NCBI GenBank assembly: GCA_044892525.1
Contig: CM097885.1
Span: 237,028,001-237,092,000, forward strand
Reading direction: 5' to 3'
Length of the DNA stretch: 64,000 nt
From: Schmidtea polychroa
Lineage: Eukaryota
Both the position numbers and the translations under genes were made by a program. Below are positions 35,813 to 64,000 of the stretch, one piece after another. Positions within the stretch are counted from its first letter, which is position 1, and the number at the start of each line of letters is the position of its first letter. The notes beneath the pieces were generated by a model. The model did not search any database. It was not told where the DNA came from and saw only the letters and a list, made by a program, of their open reading frames with translations.

Positions 35813-35899
35813 TTTTAATTTATATTCAAAATTAAAATAAATCAAATATCAAAAGAAAACAGATAAAAGATAAACAGAAAAAGAAAATATGTTACTGAT

Positions 35900-36271
<372 letters not shown>

Positions 36272-36724
36272 GTTACTGATAGATCGTCATAGAAAACGAA
36301 AAGAAAAATGTCTAAATAATGAAATATCGCATGAATAGAAAAACTGTCCTTCCATCAAGTATGCAACTTCATTAGATCTAAATAATTTCCTTTTCAATGT
36401 TTTGACTTTTAGAATATTAGAATATCCATACAAATTGAGAAATTAGGCATTAAACTTTCAAGAAAACAAGAGAACATGTGAACAGCTATAAATGGGAAAA
36501 ATATTGCTCAGAACTCTTTCAAAGAAGAGAATTTCCAAATTCGATTAAAATATCATTATTTAAAATATTCATTATTTATTAGCCATAGCTCTTCTTGGTC
36601 TTATAGAATACATCACATATGTTATTTCTTCTCATCTTATTTCCCAGAATATCATAATTTATTAATACAGGGTTTTTCAAAATATTTAATCCTCTTTTTT
36701 GTTTTTATTATTATGATAATTTGC

Positions 36725-37145
36725 TATAAATTAGTGTCTGACTAAAAAATTAATAACTTTTATACTACTAATGATAAAAATTATTTCTATGGCTCAAAAG
36801 ATAGATCTCCGTCTGGGCTTTAAAATGAACTATAAATTGTTAAATTAATTTGAGATTTAGACTAAGTTTTGGGGCCACGAAAAGTAGGACTCCGCTGGCA
36901 CAGTTAACAAAATAATGATAATTTTTTCATAAGTCAGTGTCGGACTAAAAAATTAATAACTTTTATACCACTAGTGATAAAAATTATTTTTATGGCTCAA
37001 AAAATTTGTCTACTTCTGGGCTTCAAAATGAACTAAATATTTATTAAAAATTTTAAGTTTCAGACTATGTTTTGGGGTCACGAAAAGTAGGACTCCGCTG
37101 GCACAGTTAATAATATTTTTGAAAAATAATAATAATTTTTTATGA
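36725..37145. repeat. Tandem duplication of a ~205-bp unit
   Basis: GACTAAAAAATTAATAACTTTTATAC...CACGAAAAGTAGGACTCCGCTGGCACAGTTAA occurs twice. Confidence 0.9.
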
Positions 37146-40100
37146 GTCATTGTCTTAGTTGTATGAGTCATCCGATGACTCATCACTCGTCTAGAACAAA
37201 GACAATGACTAATCCAATGACTCATACAACAAAGACCCATTTATACTTAAAAAATAAATTTAGAAATGTTAGCCTCATTAGATTTTAAAAATCGTCTATA
37301 ATAGATTAATTTTCTATTTTAGGAAATCATGCAAGAAAGACGTATAATTCAATAGCGGCAACCTATAGAACGCATTACACTATGTGGCACCTGAAATATT
37401 TTTTGTTGAGAAGCTTCAAAAATGACGATTTATGAAAATTTTAGTACTTTAACCTTCCCCTTACTGTAAATAAATAAAAATACATGTTTGGTTGGAATCG
37501 AGTGATAGAATTTACGCAAAACTTTCATTTCAGGTCTTTTGTGTTAATATTTTTAGAAAATGTATATTATAGTCAAATAAAATTATCTTAATCTAGATTT
37601 CTAGTTTTATTTCAGTGGTACGTTGAGTAGTCAGTACTTTTAATTACTCGTTTTGTGGAATTCCAGTACATTTAGGTTGGTAATCACTGGTATAGTCCAT
37701 TTGTAAGTAACTCCTTGTGCAAAAATAACTTTAGCAAAGATAAAAACTATAATGAATTTATCCGGTAATCGACTCAAAGATAAAAGATTAAAAAATTGTT
37801 GACGAGTTGCTATTTCTAATATACCATAAAATATGACAAAACTTGTTGAAAATACTCAGTGCCAGATTCCGCATTATTAAACTATTTACTATAATATAAT
37901 TTATTATGACAAATACATGATTTGATTTAAATTATGACTTCAAAGGTAAGTAAAGGTTTTCTGAATCCCTAAAGTGCCACCTGGTTGAGTAAAGATTTTT
38001 AATTTTGACCTTAACTAAAAATGGTTGCATCATTTCTTACAATAGTTTTCGAGAAGGTATCTCTTTTGTAAAGACAGAATTCAATGCACATGTAAACCTT
38101 AGATATTTTATTTTTCAACGAAACCCTGATGATTCACTATTTTCAGTAAGATGAAATAATAAAATTTCACCGAAAACTAAAAATGAATGTGACAACAAAA
38201 CGTATTAGAATATCAAATAACGTCATAGCTGTAGAAATGAATCAGAAAATAGTGGGAAATAACTTATTCAAACATAAATTGAATCAACAATATATCCCAA
38301 AGAGAGAAAATATTAATTTGCCATGTATAAATTTACAAAATGTTTGTTTACAAATAGCAAACTTTACTTACTACCATCCTGAATCATTAGAATAAATAGA
38401 TGATAAATACACTTTTTTGGACAACTAGTTTTTTATTTAGCATAAATTTGGTATGGCTACCTCATTTAAAATTAATGACTTAGAATATTATGCATATGTT
38501 TGTATATTGAAAAAAATATCGTTTTGATTTGTCTTTATTTTAAGTATAAGTGTGAGGTGAGAAAAAAAGAGAGTTTGACTTTTAGGGAAGGTATGACATA
38601 TAAAAGGGAACGAACCCCTGCTCTAAGTTAATATGTTCAAACACTTGAAAAGGTATATCGAAAATTCGTGGTCAATATAAAAAAATTATCGATCTGAAAT
38701 TTGAAAAGAAATGAAAATAAAGAAAATTGACAGAAAAAATAGATCAAAAATTTTAAAATTTAAATATTATTTATATTATATAAGAACTTTTTTTAAATTT
38801 CACCACTAATTTCTTTTCAATTGACATTGTATTTATTAAAATGCTTGACTATGAATCAGTAAATATATCGATGTTTTTGATATTCACTAATTTTCGGCAC
38901 TGCCTTTTTCAAGTGACTTGAAAGTCTATATTGGTAACAAAAATAATTGTTTATGATCTGATAAAAATTATAGGTATTACATTTATTACACCAATAATAA
39001 CAATAGAACTAATTAGGTGGTACAAGTAATGTGATAAGCCAAATGTCATGCATTTTCAATGGTTAATTACACATATTTCGATAAGCTCTACAATTACAAG
39101 TTTCGAAATTAACAAATAAATGTATAATAAAAGGGAATGGTTTTTAGTTTACGGATAAATGGCTGTTTAAAATAAAATTTTAATGTAATACTCGATGCGA
39201 TTCACAATGGCAGATTAGTTTCAACCTTATTTGACAAATGGCTTGATCCCTCAAAGATTGAACTCAGTTACTTTGCAATCAGACCATCAAATTTGGGCAT
39301 TCTACCACCATACAACGTCGAATATAACAATTATTGAATATAACCTATTTAATTTAGCAGAAAATAGTTACAGTATTTAAATAAAAACATAAATGCGAAA
39401 TTAAAAAATTCCATAATTCAACTGCTACTCAGACACTCAGAATCAGTCGGAAAGGCAAAATATCACAAATGGAGCTATATTATTTCAATTTACTACAAAA
39501 ATATATCCAGCTATTAATATACTGATTCTATTCCTGTGTAACATAAAAATAGAAACCAAAAAAATAAAGTTAATGATTACCCAAAAAAACACTGAATGAA
39601 TCCCAACAAACCAACGGAAAACGAATTTCAAATTAGTTGACTATTCTAAATCTCTGTTCGATTAATGATTGAAAAAACGACTGTTGTAAATTTCACAAAG
39701 TTCTTTCACTTCATTTTTCGGTCTCATTTATCTGCGTGACAAACTTGAAAAAGTTGCTGCAGTCAAAATGAGAATTGTCCTCATGGACCATTGGCTGCAT
39801 AGGTAATTATCCAACTGGGACTTGTTAATTGGAAATTGTAAGATACACAGTTGTCACAGGCCCATATTTAATTACAATCACTTGTCACAGAGAAATTATC
39901 AAATTATCCCATAGACTTTCATTGTTTCCAATATATATATATATATATATATAAATGAAAGATTAAAAAGTTTTAAACTTATTTTTGATAATAAATTATC
40001 TGTATAACCGAAACTACAAATTTATCAACTGAATTTACTAGATATTATCATATAATCTAAATGAGAATGTTATAATACTAAAATCAAAACTATATTAAAC

Positions 40101-40445
40101 TAAATTTATTAAATCTTTTATCCTTCTCACCACTGATTTATTAGTACTAATTTCAATTTATTATATTTTCGTTTCAGACAAATGATCAATACTTTTATTT
40201 ATTTTATTATTTCAAACAATTGATGAGGCTGTGATAAAAATTTACTTTAAATAAAAATATTGATCTATAATTTAAAATGAAGATAAAAGAAATTGATAAT
40301 AATATGTTTATTAGATCATAAATTTTAGTAAATGCTTAGGATTAATTATCTGTGAAGATTTATTACTTATCATCTACTTTTCCATAATAAATATGTAAAA
40401 AAAAATAATATAAGTTTCAGAAATATTTATTTATTTTTCCTTTTT

Positions 40446-40682
40446 TAGGACATACATTAGGACATACATTAGGACATACAATAGGACATACATTAGGACA
40501 TACATTAGGACATACATTAGGACATACATTAGGACATACATTAGGACATACATTAGGACATACATTAGGACATACAATAGGACATACATTAGGACATACA
40601 TTAGGACATACATTAGGACATACATTAGGACATACATTAGGACATACATTAGGACATACATTAGGACATACAATAGGACATA
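40446..40682. repeat. 12-bp minisatellite (TAGGACATACAT)n, about 20 copies
   Basis: Directly visible, with occasional TAGGACATACAA variants. Confidence 0.97.
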
Positions 40683-42960
40683 TGCATTACAAACATAAAT
40701 TTACAAACTGGAAAACTAGATTATTTAGATAATTTATAAAAATTAATAAATTTAAGCATAATCATTATGCAGTTGTATCTTAATTGCACCTGATTAAAAT
40801 TTTGTTTATATATTACAGTTTGTATTAAAAAATATGTAATCTGCATAACAGATAAGCAAAAAAAATTTTTTACCAAATTGTTGAATACGTCATGGGAAAC
40901 AGGTAAAATTTGACAACATTTCATAATAATTTAAATTTATTTTTCTTGCTAAATCTATAAATAAAACAAACGTGATAAATTTATATTTATACATTAATTT
41001 CGTTTAAACTGATTGAAAAGTCAAGTTATTTTTTGAAATTTATTGCTATTTATATTTTTGAAAAAAACTGTTGAGCTGACATAAAATTTGAAAAAAAATT
41101 ATTTCCGGGATTCAAATTTTTAATTAACAGAAAAAGATTTTAGAAATATTTATTTATTCAATACCTAATTACTGACAGTTCTATACGATTACATTCGAAT
41201 ATATTTCGTAACATTCGAGATTATTTACAGAGAATTGCCTAAAATCTTACATTCTATTTATAAAAATTAATTAATTTATTTTCATTTTTAACATAATAAA
41301 TAAACGAGAACATGTCAAAAATGAAAAAGAAAAATGATGCTACCCAAGTGTTTGTTTTAATTCTAACAAACAAATTTCCAAAGCTTATAAAACATCGAAT
41401 AATAACAGAGACAAATAAAGAACAGCAATATTTCATTTTATATATTTGATATATATTTAACATAAATCAAAATATTATTATATTTTCAATAAATGTCAAA
41501 AGTGCAAAAAAAGTCATAAATTTTAACACAACTTTAACACGACCCTTTGTGATAATCTTGTCACAATATCTAATGATAATTTAACATTATTTCAGATCTT
41601 TAACATGAATTTAAGAGTCTGTCTGTTTAAATTATTTAGAAAACGTAGCTATATCCTTTGAACATTAAGATTTATTTCAAACTAGCTGAAAAATCTGCAT
41701 AGTATGGAAGTCAAAAATAAAATTATCCAGATTTATCTTTTATTTTTCAGCAATTAAACCAGCATTAAGATCATCTGATAATTCAACTCTCATATTTCTT
41801 GTAAGTGTTAGTTTTTTGAATAATTACAATGTATAAAATTAAAGCAATGATGCCCGGGTTTAAATAATAATTCTCAGGATATGTTTGGCCTATGATCAAA
41901 ATCAGTGTTTCCCATCCAATTTTGATCATGCCAAGTCTTTGAAAATTCTAATGCCCCATGTAACATATCCAAAAACTAAATTATTTACCAAATGAAGTTT
42001 ATATAACAACTTGTAGCAGACACGGGACTTGAGTTTTATGAAGAAATCATTAGGATGTTGTGAAAAAAGTAAATTTTCAAAACATAATATAAAAATGTAA
42101 TTGAAGTACAAAATAATTTTATTGAAAGATTTTATTCTACACTGCTCATTTTAAATTGGTCCCTCAACTAACAGATTGCCCTCCCAGCGGGGCGTGTGAC
42201 CCACACTGCGAAACACTGATCTAGATGATTAGTGACATTCGTGATGTAAATACCAGAAACCATCGAGTAAAAGCCTCGAAATTTGTAAAACTATTCCTAA
42301 AAAATTTTTAGGAAAATTTGAATATATCAGCTTTATTATATTTTAAGATATTTACATTTTATTTTTGTACAAATTTATTTATTTTTGTACAAAACCAACC
42401 TTCATAACCTTATTGCTATTGGTTGAATTTTAACCAATCAGAATTATATCTAATAATAACATTTTAAAATTTATTTTCATTGCTGGTTATAATTTATTGA
42501 AATAAATAAACATTTTATGACAAGTAAATTGATATAAATATATTTGAATTTGAATTTAAAGTGTAAAAATATTTAATTTATAATTATATTTGTTTCTCAT
42601 CTGAAAATAATTTTACTTCATTAATAACAGCATTAAAATTGTTAACTTGAGGTGAATTTCAATTGGATATTTGTCAGTGGCGGCTCGTACTCAAAACTTT
42701 TGTGAAAGTAATAAAATAAATTCAAAAGAAAATTTATTTATTTACTCAATTCTTGTTTTTCTACAAAATTCTTTAATTACTAAATCATAAAAATTGTCTT
42801 TAGTAGTCAAAAGTCCTTTTAATAAATTTTTTTTAATTTAAAATATAGAATTTCTCAAAATTGATGTGCAAATAATGCTTGCTGATATTTGTAAAAAAAA
42901 AATTTATTCAAAAGTATAGATATAAACCCTTTAGAAATACAGGACCTATTATTACTAGGA

Positions 42961-43429
42961 CAGGGGTCGGGAACCTTTTCATTGCAAAGAGCCCAAGATT
43001 AAATTTTGATACAGTTTAAAAAATTATTGAGCCATATGAAAAATACCATTCAATATGCATACAGTGTAACTTTTCTCTTTTTTGCCATTGCTTTTAGTTG
43101 ATGTTTAAATAAAAGTTTTGATAACTTTTTGTAAACAAATTGTCACTGAATTATTTTAATCACGATTAATTTGAAGTTGCTGGTGATGAATTAATTAATT
43201 TCTTTGAAATTATTATTTTACAATATCATTATGTATCAAGTTAATTAAAATAAAAGAAATCAATATAATTTAATTAAATATTAATTAGAAAAGTAATCAA
43301 TTTTCAAGAATATATTTATTGATTATTTAAACTAAAACTGAGCGGGAACATTTTCAAACGAACCCATTTCGGCAAAATACCCAAGACCCACATGATATAA
43401 CTCAAAGAACTGCAGGTTCCCGACCCCTG
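42961..43429. mobile_element. hAT (Charlie-like) MITE
   Basis: Perfect 16-bp TIR CAGGGGTCGGGAACCT; degenerate TSD. Confidence 0.85.
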
Positions 43430-44136
43430 ACATAGGCTATTAGCACCCAATCATGATTCAACAATCCTCCTCTTATCAGCGGTTAAAAACATATTCCTTC
43501 TTTCATGTGCATTACCAGTTAAGACGAAAGATTAGTACATCGCCCTCATTTACTGGAGCGTCTCTTGTGTCCATAATAATTTATAAGATAAACATCCATA
43601 ATTTTGTCATATATGTTATAACCCAAAAAATTTAGAGTTTTGATGCAATAAAAGTTTCGACTTTCGAATTTAATTAATTAATTAATTTTAATAAATATTG
43701 ATGGTTTACAAAATATATTGATTAACCCTCAGATACATAATTTTTTTATGAACCCAACGAATATTTTTTAAAATGTCAATATCACGCGTACAAAGACATT
43801 TATTAGAATAATATGAAAACATAATGGCTCGGCGTTGAATTTCCTTTATTGCACGTATACTGAGTTATAAGCTCTTAAATAAGTTGTTTCAGATATGTAA
43901 CAAAGTGCATTTAAGGATAAATCAAGTCAAATTTATCTTTATATATTTATTGTTGAATTTATTTCTTTACTTGACGAAAGTACTTGAGAATATAAACAAT
44001 CAATTGAAAATAAAGAATTATATTTGGTGAGGATTTTAAGACGATGTCAATTGAAAGGAAATCAGTGGTTAAAATTGAAAAAAGTTCTTATTATATATAT
44101 ATGTGTGTGTATGTGTGTATGTGTGTGTGAATATAG

Positions 44137-44340
<204 letters not shown>

Positions 44341-45164
44341 AAACAATAAAGTTATAATTAAGGTCTTTTGCTGCGAATGATGTATTTAATGAAAATATTT
44401 TCGACTATAAGATAGTCCTTGTCCAAAATTTTGTTTTTCTCACTGACTTTCAATAAATGATTAATTATCCTAATTGAAATTTGTAGAAAGAGTTATATGG
44501 AGAATAAAAGACGATGGGAAATGTGACATTGTTAGTTTTAATAAAAAGTACACTGAAAGACACCAAAAAAATAAAAATGTAGTAAAACTTAAAACTAATA
44601 ACTAATTAATTAATTTAAGAAATTTCGAGTTTGGTAAACCAAGGGAAATCAAACAAATGAGAAATTGCGAAATCCCTATTGCAACAGCATGAGTGATGAT
44701 ATCGAGTGGATAAAACTTTATTGTGAAGAAGGAAATGCAAGGAAACCATAAACAGAATTTATCTTAGGACTGTCAAAACTAAATGGTTTTGTCCAAAAAC
44801 TATTTATTATACGATATAGAAAGAAGAAATTGTGAATAAATTAAAACGAATCATTTAATTAATTGTAAAAAAATCAGTCAAAACCAAATGGAGAATATGA
44901 TCACATTGGATTAAAAGAAAACTGAAATATTCAATAGGTGAATCTTATTATTATTAATGATGTGTTGAGTCACAAAATTAGTCAGCAATGTGGTCAAGCT
45001 ATTTTGAATAATGTGAAAGGCATTATTTTATCAGCAGAAATTAAATGTTATATCATTCTTTTCAATATATATTGGATGTTTTTGTTATTCACTTCGTTGA
45101 TAAAAAACCACATAAAATCAGTTAGTAACCACCGAACGATTATTTATCATTTATAAAAATTCAA

Positions 45165-45210
<46 letters not shown>

Positions 45211-45305
45211 GACAAGAACTATCTTATAATCGAAAGTTTTTTCATTAAATACATTATTTACAGCAAAAGGCTTAAATTATCATTTTATTGTATTATCATT
45301 TTATT

Positions 45306-45379
<74 letters not shown>

Positions 45380-45441
45380 TATGTCAAAATAATTAATTAA
45401 ACTTAAATTTTTTTGAATTTATTAATTAATAATAAACATAC

Positions 45442-46257
45442 CATTTCATTTTTTATTTCTTTAATGGAAATCTTTTGTTTGATCCATCTTTTGTCATCAA
45501 AATTCTCATTTTGTGAATGTTGTGGTTTATTTACTTGATTAGATTTTTGGAAAGAATATTGTTCATGATTCTGAGTAGGTTCATAGAGACTTTTACATCG
45601 TTCACTCTCTTTCATTCGCGGTCTGGAAACTCGACTATTAATATTAGAGGTATCCTTTAAAGATTTCATAGATTTGTTTTCACTTATTAAAGCGAGAGTC
45701 GGCTTTGATGATCTTGAAGTCGAACGATTTCGAAAGAAGAATTTAATTTTGTCAGATAACGAAATACGAGGAGATTTCCCATTACTAGATTGATCTGTTC
45801 TGACTTCTTGTGCTTCAACTTTTTCAGTGTTTCTAGATTTAAACGGTACTGAAGCTGACCGACAGATTTTCATAACATCTTTGACGGGTGACCATTCTGA
45901 AGAAACTGGTGGCAAATATGATTTGCAATCTTTGTTTGAACTATTTAAACTTTTTAAAGTACAGTCATCATATTTATTACAGCTTTTAGATTCATAATCT
46001 CTAAATGATTGACAATAATTATTTCTTTGCAGAATTTCGTTTTCATTATTGTTGTTACTTTCAACACTTTGAAATGAATTTATCTCCAAAGGACACTGGA
46101 ACTTGACAAATACATCTGTGCTAGTAAGAGAAGACCGTTTAGAAATTCTTTGATTTCCAGGCGAAATGTAAACTAAAGATGGTGGCATTTCATTTGGGAG
46201 TTTGAAATCTTTTTTACTGAGATCTTCCGAAAGTGGCCTTCTTTTCCACAGTTTCAT
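45442..46257 (-). CDS. First coding exon of an unidentified Ser/Lys/Asn-rich host gene
   Basis: ATG at 46257, open for 272 codons to an ATG|GTATGT donor. Confidence 0.7.
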
Positions 46258-47678
46258 TAAAAATTCACAATTTTACTCGCTTAACAAAAATTCATAAATG
46301 CATTGTGTAAATTAATTTAATTAATTTATAAATAAAATAACTAAAAATAAAAAATTAATAACTAAAACATATTTATGAATATTGAAATATTGTAAATTTA
46401 ATTCTTTTAAAGACCTTCAAAAATAGAATTGATGTATTAAAACACTGAACATTCATATAAAAGTAATTATATATTGAATTTTTAAATATTTCATGTTGTA
46501 AATATTGTAAATTCTTTTAAAAGCAATAAAAAATTAAATTATTATTAAAAACTATAAATAATAAAAATGCGCATTGAAAATGAGTTATTTAAAATTATTT
46601 TTTTAATTGCTGGAAAATTAGAAAAAGAAATAAAATTGTGTAAAAAAGTGTAACGTTGATATTAATTGAATATTTTATTTTAAATTTTTAATTTAAAATT
46701 TTGTTCTTTTAAATTGTATTTTAATTGTTTTTGTAAATTATTAGAAAATTATTTAAATTGTATTCAAATTAAAATATTATTCGTGGTTAATAAACATGAA
46801 TTTTTTAATATTAGAAATGACTTACATTGATTACCAAAAAAATACATTAAAATTGTGAATACATTAAAAAGTGTAATCAGTATAAAAGATTTTCTTTAAA
46901 AATTTTTTTTTAATTGTGAAGGTTCTAGTGCCAATAAGATAACATAATGACTGAGTGTAGAAACGCAATTCTAATATTCAAAATATATAATTCGATTTTG
47001 ATCATTTCATTAGGTGAGCTTCGAACACTGATAATACCGAAATATATAAAAAATAGAAAGCTTCGTTGATGAAATAATACGTCCGGTATATGGATGAAGT
47101 GGTGCCATGTTCAACAAGCCACTGTATTGATTATTGTAATATCGACTTTTAGAAATGACATATCTTCAGATTATGATTTTAGGTCACATAGAATTGGAAA
47201 ATATTGATAAGAAATCTATACCAGACTTTCCACAAATTATTGCAATTCCAGAGTTTTGGGCACATTTTTTAGGTGGAGGTTCGAAAAAGGAATATATGTG
47301 TATATATGAATATTAAAATAATGTATTTTAATTGACTTAATCTAATGTATTTGCAATTTAATTATGAAATTAATGTATTTATTAATTGGAAGGTCAGATG
47401 CACTTTAGTGAGAAACTTAGAAAATTATAATAAATTTAAAATTTAATAAATCAGAATTTCATTTATCCGCGTTTTTATTTATAATATATAATATATTTAA
47501 TAAAATTTTCAGCATTACGTTTTCCAACACTTCAAACTTGAAAAGCCAGTGCCATAAATTTGTATTAAATCTAAAACATAATAAAGATAAATGCAAATAA
47601 AAACGCATTAAATGTGAAAGAGATAAATTAGTTTACTAAATTACTGAGAACAAATGTAAATAACTAAGTAAAACTGTG

Positions 47679-62999
<15,321 letters not shown>

Positions 63000-63424
63000 C
63001 TGTAATAATTAAATCTTTGTATAAATTGAGAAATTTGTATTTCAGTAACACTTTTTAGATGAGAGACTTTAGAAGACCTTGTAGAAGACCTCGTACTTAA
63101 AATGGCAAAATGGAAAAATATGTTATTTCATTTTATTATAATAAAAGCAAAATTAACAAAATGGATCTGGTGCATTGTTCAGAAGTTCCGACATTGGTTA
63201 TTAAAACTGTTAATCAAAGGAGGATTTAAGTTCTCATGCCATGGTAGGATGAGTTTAAATTACTTTGGTTTAAATTGGAATTACAAGAAGCGAGTAAAAT
63301 ATTTTAAAATCCTTAAATATATTTAGTATAAATTTTAATAAAAACAATTAAATGACAATTTAAGCCTTTTGCTGCGAATATTTAATACAAATGAAAAAAT
63401 TTCGACTATAAGATAGCCCTTTTC

Positions 63425-63960
63425 AATTTCATGGAGTTAAGCTTCTTCCATTTTTTAAAATGCTCTTTGATCTTCTCTTTTATTTCCTTTTTCTTACTTC
63501 TCATTAGTCAAAAATAATAAAAATAATAAAGAATTTAAAATTCTAAAAATTATTTTAATTAAATATCCTTTAAAATTCAAAGCACTCATTGAGAAAAATT
63601 TTTAAATTTTTAAAGCTTCTATAATTAGCTCATAGAAACCTATTTTAATAAATAATATCTTAAAATATTTATAAAATATAGTTTCTAATAATTATTTATA
63701 CAACCAATTTAAATATTTCACAAAATGTTTCTATTTTGATTTTTAAATCCTAATGATCTTATAAAATTATATTTTATTTATTTTTCTCTATTATTTTAAA
63801 TTATTATTTTTTAATTTTTTAATTTAATTTTTTAAAAGCTATTCTCAAGGTCAAAAACAACATATCAAATTGATGATTTCATTGATCTCTTTTTTAATGT
63901 TGATTGTTAGCCGTCTGTTTATTATGAGAGTTGCTTCCTTAAATCTGACTTTTTTTGTCA
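63425..63960 (-). repeat. Second copy of the repeat at 9175-9715
   Basis: Colinear, high-identity match by eye. Confidence 0.9.
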
Positions 63961-64000
63961 TTTTTTCCCATTATAATATCATTATAAATCATATTTTTGA

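Noticed and set aside
38120..38175. CTGATGA...GAAA hammerhead candidate
   Set aside because: I could not form a convincing stem I or stem II.
40431..40682. (MYVL)n ORF, possible CRISPR array, or telomeric repeat
   Set aside because: It is a pure tandem 12-mer with no spacers, and it contains TTAGGA rather than TTAGGG.

Overview
Very AT-rich eukaryotic genomic DNA with 41-48 nt introns, long (AAT)n tracts and dense transposon debris. The style resembles a triclad flatworm, but I cannot confirm the species. (1) Bases 1-3335 are one end of an endogenous Polinton/Maverick-type DNA virus. It carries a packaging ATPase, a PW-like basic ORF, a compact TATA-binding-protein (TBP) homologue and two orphan ORFs. 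Its terminal region is rich in TGACCTTG and TGAGTCA motifs and ends in ACTACT. (2) Three stretches are built from apparently captured host-gene pieces: RACK1+PRP19, RNF115/126, and LIM+Rab1+cofilin. Two of them sit inside hAT-type elements with target-site duplications (TSDs) and share the same upstream hairpin leader. (3) An in-frame multi-exon MSH5 gene lies on the minus strand (13 exons visible, 47679-62999, 5' part not found). (4) Other content: orphan host exons, a RanBP2-type zinc-finger ORF, and decayed hAT, MULE, Tc1/mariner, piggyBac, Gypsy, Penelope and DINE-like elements. All family calls come from motif recognition by eye; no searches were run.
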